Below are positions 48,719 to 59,924 of a stretch of DNA of 64,000 nt, piece by piece. Within the stretch, counting starts at the first letter, position 1, and every line of letters starts with the position of its first letter. A model generated the notes under the pieces. The model was given only the letters and a program-made list of their open reading frames with translations, made no database searches and was not told the origin of the DNA. This DNA comes from Cyanophora paradoxa CCMP329 (Eukaryota; Plantae; Glaucophyta), in assembly GCA_004431415.1 (NCBI GenBank), contig QPMI01000062.1:310001-374000 (forward strand). The letters are read 5' to 3'. The translations under genes were made by a program, and so were the position numbers.

Positions 48719-48885
48719 AAAGGCGAGGCGAGCGGCCGGGCAAGGCGGGCGGGGTGGCGAGGCGGACGGGTGGGGTGGAGAGGCGCGCGGGTGGGGTGGC
48801 GAGGCGCGCGGCGGCACCAGGCGGGCGCGCGGGCAGGCGAGGGTGGCGCCGGGCGGGGAAGCGGGAGAAGAGGCAGGTACCCGGT

Positions 48886-49290
48886 GGCGCCGGGCCCTGC
48901 ACATTGCCTGCGCATGCGCAGAGACGCGGCGTCAGCTCGCCCCGGACAGCGGCCGTGCGGGGGTGGGGCCCAGCGGGGGCGGCAGGGTCAGGTGCACAGC
49001 ATGCAGGAGCGGCGGGGAGAACCTGGAGTCGACGAAGCTGAAGCAGCCGGCGGGCGGCGGGCGCCGGGCCCTGCGCATAGCCTGCGCAGCTGCAGGGCCG
49101 AGGCGTCAGCTCGCCCCGGACAGCGGCGGCGCGGGGGCGGGGCCTAGCCCGGCGCGGCGTACTGGGAGTGCTAGCAGCTGCGAATACTGCGACGCTGCCA
49201 CCCTCTGCCACGGAGCGCGGGCCGCGGGTCAAGCCACGCATACGTGACGCCGAGTCTGCAGACGTGAAGCCACGCATACGTGACGCCGAG
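48886..49290. repeat. Internal repeats in the spacer between the 450-bp copies
   Basis: Imperfect pair of about 88 bp at 48886-48974 and 49060-49148; perfect 24-bp pair AAGCCACGCATACGTGACGCCGAG at 49231-49254 and 49267-49290. Confidence 0.85.
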
Positions 49291-49988
49291 GTCAAGAGTG
49301 GCTCACCGCCATCACAGCCCGTCTGCTTGAACCGGAGTCCGTCAGAAACCGAGAGCGTAGGCGGAGCTCGAGGCCGCAGCCGGAAGGCACCGGAGCGAGG
49401 GTTAGTGCATGCACGAGAGCCCGGAATCCGTTGTCAGAACCCAGACAGAGCGGAATGCTGCGCGGAAAAAAGGACCGCAGCACGTCCGCAGCACGTCCGA
49501 GAGCCGCGTTCTCTGGCCATGCCAGGGCACGCGAAGTCCCGGGCCGACGCCTCGGCTGCGACAAAGTTGAAAGCGAGCGCGAGGCGTGCGTACGCGTGTC
49601 CTCTCTCCTGCGAAGGGATGGCACGCCAGACACGTGCACTCCGCTAGCGCGACGCAAGAAAGCCAAAGCGCGTGCTGGATGCGAAAGTACCAGATCGAAT
49701 CACTCGAATTCGATAGCAGGGCGACATACGTGGCACTGACGTGCTCGTTGAACCCAGCCGACAAGCAGCTTTGCCTCCAGCTACGTGCAGGTCTGTCTGT
49801 CTGTGCTTTGCTTTCTGAAGGTGGTACAGCGTTTAGCTTGCTGAGGCGTACGCTAGCTGACGTGGACCCACGTACCGTGGCACACGCGGGGCTAGCGTTC
49901 TGGGGGAAGCACGCTTTCTTCGCGGGCCGGGGGCGCCGGTGCTGAATGCGGCTCCGAGCAGCGGCCGTGCGGTCGAGGCCCTCGCCGC

Positions 49989-50438
49989 CGTCGCGCGCGG
50001 CACCCGAGGCCCGGCCCGGCTTCTTTGCCAGCGAGCCGGCGGGGTACGGCCACAGGGCGTGACGTCACCAGGTCGGCGTGCGCCACCGATCAGCCCCGCG
50101 CGGGGCTTCTAGCGGCTATGCTACATGTAGGAAATGGTGCCTTACGGCGGCGGCTGTTGATCCCACCGCTGCTCGGGGCCTGCTGGCCGTGAAACCGAGA
50201 AAGACGAGCGCCTCACGTGATTATTTTGAATTCACGTGAGAATTTGGACCCCGCCAGAGTCGAACCCAGGCAGGTGAACCCGCCACGCTACAGTCGGGTC
50301 TAGGTTGAACCACGCGAGAAGTTAGTCGGGCGCTGGTTCGCCCCTGTACCACGCGCAGCCAGCGCAGGAGCGCAAATTTGCTCCCCTCAACGGAGCAACG
50401 ACGCGTCGGCGCAGAAGCAGCGCAGCAGCGTAGCACCA
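49989..50438. repeat. 450-bp direct repeat, copy 2
   Basis: Near-identical to 48181-48630; ends about 300 bp before the bHLH-LOV ATG. Confidence 0.97.
50212..50240. promoter_or_regulatory. Twin TCACGTGA E-box/G-box palindrome (copy 2)
   Basis: CACGTG at 50214-50219 and 50233-50238; GTGACGTCAC at 50059-50068. Confidence 0.6.
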
Positions 50439-50736
50439 TGCGGCGACGCAAGCGCGCGCGGTAGTGCTGGCATCCCACCGACCTAGGTGCGCATGGGCGA
50501 CGCGCACTTCCGGGACGTTTAGAGATGCTGGCCGGAGCTAGAGGGCGGCCGGCGGGATCCGCGGCGGCGCTGGGCCGCGCGGCGGCGGCGTGCGCCGGCG
50601 CCGGCCGCGGCCGCCGCGTCGCGCGTTCCACGCCGGCTCCCGGGCGCCGCCCGCCCCGCCGCCGCCCGCCCAGAAGGATGCGCATGCGCGAATAGAACCT
50701 GACGACCTCGCTTGCGCGGTGCCCCTCGCCGCAGAA

Positions 50737-53700
50737 ATGAGACATGAGACTCGAGGCGGGCTTGCGCAGCCTCAGCCGGGACAGATGCCCATGGAAAGGA
50801 TGGACATCGGCGGCGGGTGCGCAGAATACTATCGTAGAGACGAGGTGAACTATCTAGGCCAGCAGTGGCCGTCCCCCGTGATTGCCATGGCGGCCATGCA
50901 ATTGCAAATGGCCGCCTCCCAAGCTTCCTCGGGCGGATCAAATCTCCCTCGAGACCCCAGCAGGCGGACCTCCCTACGCAGCGCCCCCGGAACGTGCTCG
51001 GACCCTCGCTAACTCTCGCCTCTCGGTGCGCAGCGGCGATCTCGGCGTGCGGGACTGGAGCTCGCAGCGGAGCGACGCGGGAGGGGGCCGCCGCCCGAAC
51101 CCGAGCCCCCCGCCGGGCCAGACGAAGCGAAGGGCGGGCGAGCCCTCTGTACAGCAGGGCCCGGCGCCCAACGCCGGCCTCGCGTCCATATCCCACTACC
51201 CCTCCGCCTTCCACCAGCCGGCCCACCAGCCGGCCCACCCGCCCCCCCCGATGCACATGCCCCCCGCCTTCCTCCCCTCCCTCTCGAACCCCCCGCGCCC
51301 CAGCCCGCCGTCCTCGCGCGACGGCGACCTCCCCTCGGTGCAGAGCGTACCCATCCCCCACGGCCACGCCAGCGACGGCGCCCGCCCCGTGAGCATCCTG
51401 GTGTCCCACTACAGCAGCCCGCGGGAGGAGCCGTCGGCCTCGCCGGTGATGCCGTTTCGAGAGCAGCAGCAGCCGTCGCCGTCGCCCTCGCAGGGGCCGC
51501 CGCAGGAGCAGCGGGCGCTGCCGCCGAAGCCGAAGAAGCGGGGCCACTCGGAGATCGAGCGGAACCGGCGGGAGGCGATCAACGACCGCATCTCCGACCT
51601 CAAAGACGTCCTTGCCATACCCCCCGTGCGCCCCCCAGGCCCCTAGGGGCCCGTCACCCCCCTCCGTGGCCCCGGGCTGACGGGGCCGGCGCCGGCGGGC
51701 AGAACGCGCCGACGCTGATATCGAACAAGACGAGCATCCTGGGGACGGCGGTGGAGCAGCTCACGACCCTCGTTCTCGAGAACAAGGCCCGCCCTCCCCC
51801 CGCCTCCCCCCTCCGCCCCGCCACCCCGGCGCCGCTGACGGCCCGGGGGCGCGCGCGCAGTCGCTGAAGATGGAGCTGGACCAGCTGCAACGGGAGCTCT
51901 CCAAGCTGCGCGTGCGGGCGGAGAAGTCACAGCGCGCCGCCGCGCACGCCGGCGGCGGCAGCAGCGGCAGCGGGGGCAAGGACAACGGGAGCAGCTCAAG
52001 CAGCACGAGCGGGAACGGGCACGGCGGGGGCGGCAACGGGATCGCCTCGTCCAACGGCTCGTGGTCGAACGGCAACGGGGAGCGCGGGGAGGCGGGGCGG
52101 CGGGGCGAGGGGGGCGAGCGCGAGCAGCGCCCGGGCTCCCGCTCCGGCTCGGACGAGTGCGCCCCGCCCCGCCCGCCCCTCTGCGCCCCGCCGCCCCCGC
52201 CCCTCACGCGCGCCGCGCTCGCAGCTCGTCGGAGGACGCCGGGATGGGCTCCAACGGGGACAACAGCAACGGGGAGAACAGCACCGGCGAGGGCTCCAAC
52301 GGCAACGGCTCGCCGCCTCTCATGGGGGACTCTGAGGAGAGCCCGCCCCGCACGCACTCCAACGCGGCCAGCGCCGGCACCAGCCTCGGCTCGTCGTCAG
52401 AGGGCGCGGCCAAGCGGGCGGCCGGCCCCGGGCGCGAGCGGCGGGACGAGGCCGAGGGGGGCGGGAGCAGGCCCTCCTCGACGGGCAGCATGCGCGACGA
52501 CCCGCCGTGCGCCCTCCGAAGCCCCCCTCCGACGCGGCCGACGCTCGGCTGACTCTCTCGGCAGGGGCGAGGGGTCGCTGGCGCTGCCGGAGGGCCCGGC
52601 GCGGGTCTCCCCCTCGGCGATCTGGGCGGCCGACTGCGAGGTGGAGAGGATGGGGGCGATGGACAGCGTCGAGGACATGCTCACCGAGTACCCCGAGGGG
52701 CCGCAGGCCGCCGCCAGCAAGCGCCCCCTCACCCTCCAGGAGCTCATGCACGCCGGCAACGGCGCGGCGGCCAAGTCGCCGCTGGCGCAGGCGGGGGCGA
52801 CGCGGCCGACGCAGAGCTCGCCGCACGGCTCGAGCAGCTCCGGCTCCTCGGCCTCGGGCTCGGGCTCGCAGGGCAACGGCAACGGCTCCAGCGGCAGCGC
52901 CGGCCACGGCTCCCGCAACGGCCACGGGAGCACCTCGAGCGGCACCGGCAACGGCGCCAACGGCTCGAGCAGCCTCTCGGGGGCCTCATCCCGCACCCCG
53001 CCCGAGCTCCGCGTGCGCCCGGGCCCCTCCCCGCCCGCCCTCGGCCTGCCTGACCCCGCCGCCGGCCCCCACAGAGCCTGACGCTGGGCCCCGAGCGGGA
53101 GTTCCTGAAGCGGGGCGAGCTGGGCTCCATGTCCGGGATGATCGTCTCGACGACGGGCCCGAACGTCCCCTCCTCCAACTCGTCCGGGGACAACGACGAC
53201 TCCAAGTCCTCGGGCGGCTCCTCCTCCTCGGGCGCCCGCACGCCCCTCTCCTCCTCCTCCGGCAACGGCGGCAAGGGCAACGGCAACGGCTCCGGCAGCG
53301 CCGCCCGCGAGGGCGGCACCGCCCGCTCCAAGCAGCGCGAGCGCGCCCGCGCCGAGCGCGAGGGCAAGAAGCGGGCCGGCGAGGGCCCGGACGCGGAGCT
53401 GGCGGCGCCGTACACGGTCTCGTGCCGGGGCTTCAGCGAGGAGATGCTCGCGAGCACGGCGCGGCGCCTCGGCCGCACCGCCGCCGAGGTCGACGAGGGG
53501 GCCGGCCCGGGCCCCGCCGCCTCCCCCAGCGAGTCCGCCGAGGAGGCCCCCCGGGGGCGGGCCGAGGCGGCGGAGGCGATGCTCTCGGTGGACCTGCCGA
53601 TGGCCCACGTCTCGATGCGCCAGTTCTTCGCCATCAACCTCAAGATGGCCCTCGACGCCCTCCTCGTCGCCGACGAGGCCCCCGACGGCTCGGGGCCCCT

Positions 53701-55208
53701 CATCCTCTACGCCTCGGACGGCCTCCAGCGCCTCACCGGCTTCTCAGCCGGCGAGCTCCTCTGCCGGCCCCTCGCCGCCCTCCAGGGCGGGGCCCGCGGG
53801 GCCGTGCAGGGCGCGGAGCTCGCGGAGGCGGCGGCGCAGGCGCGCCTCGACGGCGTGCTGCGCCTCGCGGAGGTCGTCTGCGTGCGCAAGGACGGGCGGC
53901 CGTTCTGGGCGCTGGCGTGCCTGCAGCCGGTGAGGGACAGCGGGGAGCGGACGACGGGCCTCGTGCTCGCCCTCATGGACGTCACGGGCCTCAAGCGCCC
54001 GGGCTTCCGTCCCGACGACTCCTTCATCGCGTGCGCCCCGCCGCCGGCCCGCTCGCTGGGCCCCGCCTCACACCCTCGCCCCGCAGGTCGTACACCGGCC
54101 TGAGCGGCGGCGAGGACGGAAGCGGCGGCTCAGGCGGCTTCCCCCCCGCCTACCAGAGCGGCGCCTTCAACTTCTCGCGCTTCAAGGCCCGCCGCGCCCC
54201 TCCTCCGCCCCCGCCAGGCCCGAAACCCTCCTCTGACCTCCCCCGCAGAACCTCTCGGCGCAACAGCCGTCCTCGCCGGAGGGGGCGGGTGAGGCGGAGG
54301 CGGAGGGCGGGGGCGCCGGCGGGGCGCACCACGGGCGGCTGCTGCAGGCGCTGGCGTCGCTGCTGGCGATGGCGCTCTCGACGCTGCTGGTGACCAACGG
54401 GGCCGACGACGACTACCGCATCGCCTTCACCACCCCTGGCTACCAGATGGCGCGCCCCTTCGAGCCCCGCGCCCCCGCACACACTCCGGGCCCGGCTGAC
54501 GGCGGCGGCGGCGCGCAGATGACGGGCTACTCGAAGCGGGAGCTGCTCGGCAAGAACTGCCGCATGCTGCAGGGGCGCGACACGGACCGCGCCGCCTGCC
54601 GCCTCCTCAAGCGGCACCTCGCGTCGGTGCGCGCGGCGGGCCGGGCCGTGCCGGGGGCGCGTGCGTGCGTGCCGACGCGGGCGGCAGGGCGAGCGGAGCG
54701 TGCTGGCCGAGCTGGTCAACTACCGCAAGGACGGCGGCGCCTTCGTCAACCTGATGCACATCGTCCCCATCCCGTCCCCCTCTGGACAGGCCAGCCCCCC
54801 CGCCCTCCCCCGCCCCGCGCCCCGCGCCGCCCCGTGCGAGGCCGCGCGAAGGTCACTCGATACGTGTCGGTCCACACGGATGTCACCGCGTTCGCTGCGC
54901 CCCGCCCGGGGCCCCCCGCCCCGACGCCCCCCGGTGCCTGGCCCGGTGAGCGCTTCCCCTCGCCGTCCCGCAGAGCCTCCCTAGCGCGGGGCGGCGACCC
55001 TCACGAGTCGCCCCGCGCGCAGCCCCAGCCCCAGCCCCAGCCCCCGTACAACCCCCAGCCCCAGTACCCGTCCCCGCCTCCGCCCCGGGGGCAAGCCCCG
55101 GCGCCAGCCCCCCCGAGGGCGGCGGAGCGTGAGATGAACGCCGGCCGCGGCGAGCGCGACGCTTTCGGTTGCGACCTCGCCACGCGAATGGACGTTTCTC
55201 CAGCCTAA
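50737..55208 (+). CDS. bHLH-leucine zipper transcription factor with a degenerate PAS/LOV and an intact LOV domain (putative blue-light receptor), 12 exons
   Basis: KKRGHSEIERNRREAINDRISDLKDVL...NKTSILGTAVEQL; zipper LVLENKSLKMELDQLQRELSKL; PAS ILYASDGLQRLTGFSAGELLCRPLAALQG...RKDGRPFW; LOV MTGYSKRELLGKNCRMLQGRDTD...VNYRKDGGAFVNL. Confidence 0.9.
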
Positions 55209-55729
55209 GTGTAAGATATCCGTGTAGCGGGGCGCGCGGGCATGCAGTCAGGCTGCCCCGGCCCCCGTTTGAGGCGTTCCACTGCTGCGCTCCAAGGCCC
55301 ACTGTGCCCCCTCCAAGCTCCAGACTAGCTATTTATTTGAATTGCAGGATAGCGAGCGCGTAGGACAGGCACAGATTATTTGTAGCGTTAGGTCGGGCCC
55401 GTTGCCAGAGTTGAAAAGACCTTGCGAGATCGATATTCGAAAGTACCTAGAGCAACTTGGCAAGTCAGAGATGTAACCTTTTCTTTTGAAACTGCAGCTG
55501 AATCCAGGATCCGGACATCCCTTCAAGAGCCCCTTTCTTTGAAGTCCCGACGTCTTGAGCTTCAATTGCCGCTATTATTATCAATTTCTTCTCGATTTGC
55601 ATTATTCCCTTTTTTGCTGTTAGTTTAACTAGGAGCGTGCCTTGCTCGGTGAGATGTGAGCGTCTATCGAAAACAGGCTGCCTACCGTAGCACAGCACGC
55701 ACGACTGTGCATGTGGGAGCGAGGGGGAC

Positions 55730-58700
55730 TCACTGCGCGGCGGCCACGGAGCGGCGGGCGGAGGAGGGCCGGGGCGGGGCGGGGGCGCCCCGCGGCGTGG
55801 AGGCCTCGGGGGCGAGGGGCCGGAGGACGGCCACGCGCTCGGGGGCGGCCAGCGCGACGGGCAGCAGGAGCCGCAGCGCCGCCGCGCCGGCCGCCTTGAC
55901 GCGCACACCGGCGGCGGCCTTCGCCTCGGCGGCGGCGGCGGGGCTGGGGAGGAGGAGGAAGGCCTGGTCGCCCTGCGGGTCGAGCAGGCAGGGGGCGCCG
56001 GGGGGCAGGCCCCGCAGGCCGCGCAGGGCCTCCCGCAGGCCCCCGCCTCCCGCGCCCCGTTCAGCGGCACCGCCTGCCCCCGCCGCGCCCGTCGGCCGCC
56101 CGCTCGCTCGCGCCGGCCTTGGGCGGGGCGGGCGGGCGGGGCGGGGCGCACCACGAGGGCCTCCCGCTCCTCCTTCGTCAGCTCCGCGTACGACGCCGGC
56201 GCCCCCCGCGGCCTGCCCCGGGCCCGTGAGCCGCGGGCGGCGGACTGGGGACTGGGGCGGAGAGGGCGGCGCACGAGACGAGGGCGGCGGCGGCGGAGCC
56301 GGGGGCGAGGGCGGGGCGGGGAGCTCGCGGAAGAGGCCGACGCGGGCGCGGCGGGCGGGGGCGGGGGCCTCGCCGGGGTACGCGAAGGAGGGGCGGGGGC
56401 GGGAGGCCGGTGGCGGGTCGAGGGGACCTCGAGGGAGAGGGGCACCTCGCCCCGCGCCACGCGCCGCAGCAGCGCGCAGCAGCACGCCCCGCTCCGCCCC
56501 GCCCCGCACCGGCACCGCCCCGCCGACGCGCACCCCGGCGCGCCCCCGCCCGCCCCCTTCTCCGCCTCCTCCCCCTCCGCGGGGGCCCGCGGGGAGGCCT
56601 TCAGGGGCCCCTCCTCGCGGCCGGCGGGCGCCGCGGGGGCGGCGTGCTGCTGGAGGGCGCGGAGGGGCAGGCGGGGCACGCAGGCGGGGCGGGGCGGGGC
56701 GGGCAGGGCGGCCCGCAGCCGCTCCCCCTCGCCCTCCTCGGCCGCCGCGATGAGCTCCTCCCGCAGCTGCCGCGAGAGCGACGCCGCCGAGGCCCGCCCG
56801 GGGCCCTGCGCCGCCTGCCTCGCCCCCGCCGCACCGGCCGCGGGGCGCTCCTCGGGGGTCGCGGGAAGGGGCACGTCCGGCGCGAAGTGCACGCGCTGCC
56901 GCCCCGGGCCCCGTGAGGCGGCGCGGGGCGGAGTGTGGGGCGGGCTCATGAGGGCAGGCGGACCTTCGGCTCGTGGGCGGGCGCGGCGGCCTGCGCGGGC
57001 GCGCCGGCCTCCGCGGCGGCCTCGGCGGGGCCCGGGTCGGAGATGGCCGCTGCTGCGGCGGCGGCGGCGGCGCGCAGGCGCTCCGCCTCGGTCTCGCTCT
57101 CCGCGAGCCGCGCCCGCAGCGCCTCCGCCTCCCGGCCCCGCCCCGCCGCCTCCTCCCGCGCCGCCGCCAGCGCCGCCTCCTGCGCCGCCCCGTCAGGCGG
57201 GGCCGGCGGGGCGGGCTGCGCCCGGGGGCCGCACCGCGGCGGCGGCGCGCGCCTGGGCCTCCTGGGCGGCCGCCTCGCGCGCGCACTGCGGGGCCGGCGT
57301 GAGGAGCGGGGCGCCCCGGAGCGGTGGGGAGGGGGGGGCCCACCAGGTCCTGGAGGAGGGCCTCGAGCCGCTCGGCGCGCGCCCGCTCCTGCTCGAGCTC
57401 CCCGCGGGCCGCCGCGAGGGCCGCCTCGGCGCGGGCCCCGGCGGGCTTCGCCCCGCCAGCTCGTCCCGCGCCGCGGCCGCCTCGCGCCGGGCGAGCGAGG
57501 CGCGCGCGCAGGCCGCCGCCAGCTCCCCCGCGCCGCCTCCATCTGCTCCTCCACCGCCGCCGCCGCCCCCCGCGCCCACTCCACGTCCGCCCGCAGCGCC
57601 CCCGCCTCCCGCTCTGCCACCTCCGCCCGCGCCCGCGCCGCCTCCGCAGCCGCGGCTGCCTCGGCGCCCGCCCCGCGGGCCGCCTCGAGCTCCGCCCGCA
57701 GCGATTCCGCCTCCTGAGCCGCCGCCTCCGCGGCCGCTGCAGCCTCGGCGCCCGCCCCGCGAGCCGCCTCGAGCTCCGCCCGCAGCGATTCCGCCTCCTG
57801 AGCAGCCGCCTCCGCGGCCGCTGCAGCCTCGGCGCCCGCCCCGCGAGCCGCCTCGAGCTCCGCCCGCAGCGATTCCGCCTCCTGAGCCGCCGCCTCCGCG
57901 GCCGCTGCGGCCTCGGCGCCCGCCCCGCGAGCCGCCTCGAGCTCCGCCCGCAGCGATTCCGCCTCCTGAGCCGCCGCCTCCGCGGCCGCTGCAGCCTCGG
58001 CGCCCGCCCCGCGAGCCGCCTCGAGCTCCGCCCGCAGCGATTCCGCCTCCTGAGCAGCCGCCTCCGCGGCCGCTGCGGACTCGGCGCCCGCCCCGCGGGC
58101 CGCCTCGAGCTCCGCCCGCAGCGATTCCGCCTCCTGAGCAGCCGCCTCCGCGGCCGCTGCGGACTCGGCGCCCGCCCCGCGGGCCGCCTCGAGCTCCGCC
58201 CGCAGCGATGCCGCCTCCTGAGCCGCCGCCTCCGAGCGCGCATTTGTCTCTGCGGACCTCGCGAGCGCGCGCGCGGCCTCCGCGCGGGCAGCCTCGAGCT
58301 CCGACGCGAGGGAAGCGGCAGAGGCGTCGCCGGCGTGGACGGCCGCCAGCGCGGCCGCCACCGCCTCCTCCGCCCTCGCGCAGGCCCCCGGGCAGCCGCC
58401 GCCTCCGAGTCCCGCTCCCCGCGCAGCCCGTCGAGCGCAGCGCGCGCCGCATCCGCCTCCCTCTCCGCCGCCGCCGCCCGCGCCTCAGCCGCCGCCGCGC
58501 GCGCCGCCGCCGCCTCGGCCGAGGCCCGCGCCTCGTCGCGCGCCGCCTCGAGCTCAGCGCGCACGGCCGCCGCCGCCCGCTCGGCCTCGGCCGCGCGCCC
58601 GCCGGCGGCCTGCAGGCGGCCCTCGGCGGCCTGGGCGCGGGCGAGGGCGAGGCGGGCTCCGGCGGCCACGGCGTCGGCGCGGCCCTCGGCGGCGCCGGCA

Positions 58701-59924
58701 GCGCCCCGCGCGAGCATCGCCCCCGCCGCGGCGGCGTCGGCGCGCCCCGCGGCGGCGGCCAGCGCCTCGCGCAGCGCCTCCGCCTGCGCGCGCGCCTCCG
58801 CGAGCGCGAGCTCGGCCGCCCGCGCGCGCTCCCCCGCCCCCATCGCCTCCTGCCGCGCGCCGCCCAGCTCCTGCGCCCCGGAGGCCCCTCGGCGGGCGCC
58901 CCGGTGGCAGGGCCGGCGTGGCGGTGCGGGGCTGACCTGCTCGCGGGCCGCGAGCTCCTCGCGCAGCTGCCGCACATCGCACATCGCCGCCTCCTGCGCC
59001 AGCGCGCGCGGTGTCAGCGGGAGACGCTGGGCCGCTCTGGGGGCGAGACGCGCCAGGAGGGCCCCGAGCAGAAGTTGACGAGCTGCGCGGCCTGCGCGCG
59101 CCGGGGCGGTCGGTCGGCCGCTGGCGCGGGCGGCGCGAGGGCGAGCGCGGGGCCGCGCCTCGGCGGACTTGGCGCAGGCGGCCTCCGCCCGGCGCTGCGA
59201 CTCGAGCTGCGGAGGCGCCGTTGGGCGGGGCGCGCGAGAGAGCGCGCGAGGCGCCAGCGCGCACGAGCTCGTCGATCTCCGCCGATAGACACGCCTCGAC
59301 GGCGATGCCCTCCGCGGCAGCCCGCGCCTCGCCGTCCCGCGCCTGCTCCAGCCGCCGCTCCGCATCCGCCAGCCTCCGGCTCTGCGCCCGCCGCGTGAGG
59401 CCTCGACGATTACGTGTCAGAGGGAAGAGTGCGGCACCAGCTCTGCATTCCGCACGGCGAGCGGGGCGTCTAGTTCCACCTGCATGCCCCCTCGTGAGCT
59501 GAGCGGGGGAGCGAGCGGGACCCAACGAAGAGCTCACCTGTCGCGCCTCCGAGGCTCGGCGGGCCGGGGGCGGGACCATGCTCGCGCCGACCACGATGCC
59601 GCTCAGAGCAGGACCGCAGCGCCGCATCCGCTCGTACGCTAGAGTGGACTTCAGACGGTCGTTCTCGGCCCTCAGCGTCTCGGCCTGTTCACAACAAGGG
59701 TCGCATGCAGCAGACTTTCACCACAGCAAGAGCAGAGGCACCTGGACCAGCGCTTCGCGGTGCGCTGCTTGGTACGAAAGGAGGAGCTCCTGAGTTGCGC
59801 GGTGTGCATCCACCTCGGCCAGGCGACGCATACGCTCACGCTCCGCCTCTTCCGCAGCCAGCCGGTTGCGCAGTGACGCGATTTCGTTCATGAGCTCGCG
59901 TGAGTCTCTACTAGCTTCAGCCAT
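55730..59924 (-). CDS. Long Ala/Glu-rich coiled-coil protein
   Basis: MAEASRDSRELMNEIASLRNRL...; spliced heptad exons; apparent frameshifts. Confidence 0.65.
57640..58232 (-). repeat. Coding tandem repeat, about 7 x 84 bp (28 aa)
   Basis: GCGATTCCGCCTCCTGAG recurs every 84 nt (57701, 57785 ... 58121, with a one-base variant at 58205); unit AESLRAELEAARGAGAE(A/S)AAAAEAAAQE. Confidence 0.95.

Noticed and set aside
48181-50438. LTR retrotransposon/TRIM reading of the 450-bp direct repeats
   Set aside because: No clean TG...CA ends, target-site duplication or tRNA primer-binding site; the purine tract follows copy 1 rather than preceding copy 2; no gag/pol remnants
57640-58232. CRISPR-like array
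   Set aside because: Units are contiguous with no unique spacers, in frame within a eukaryotic coiled-coil gene, and there are no cas genes
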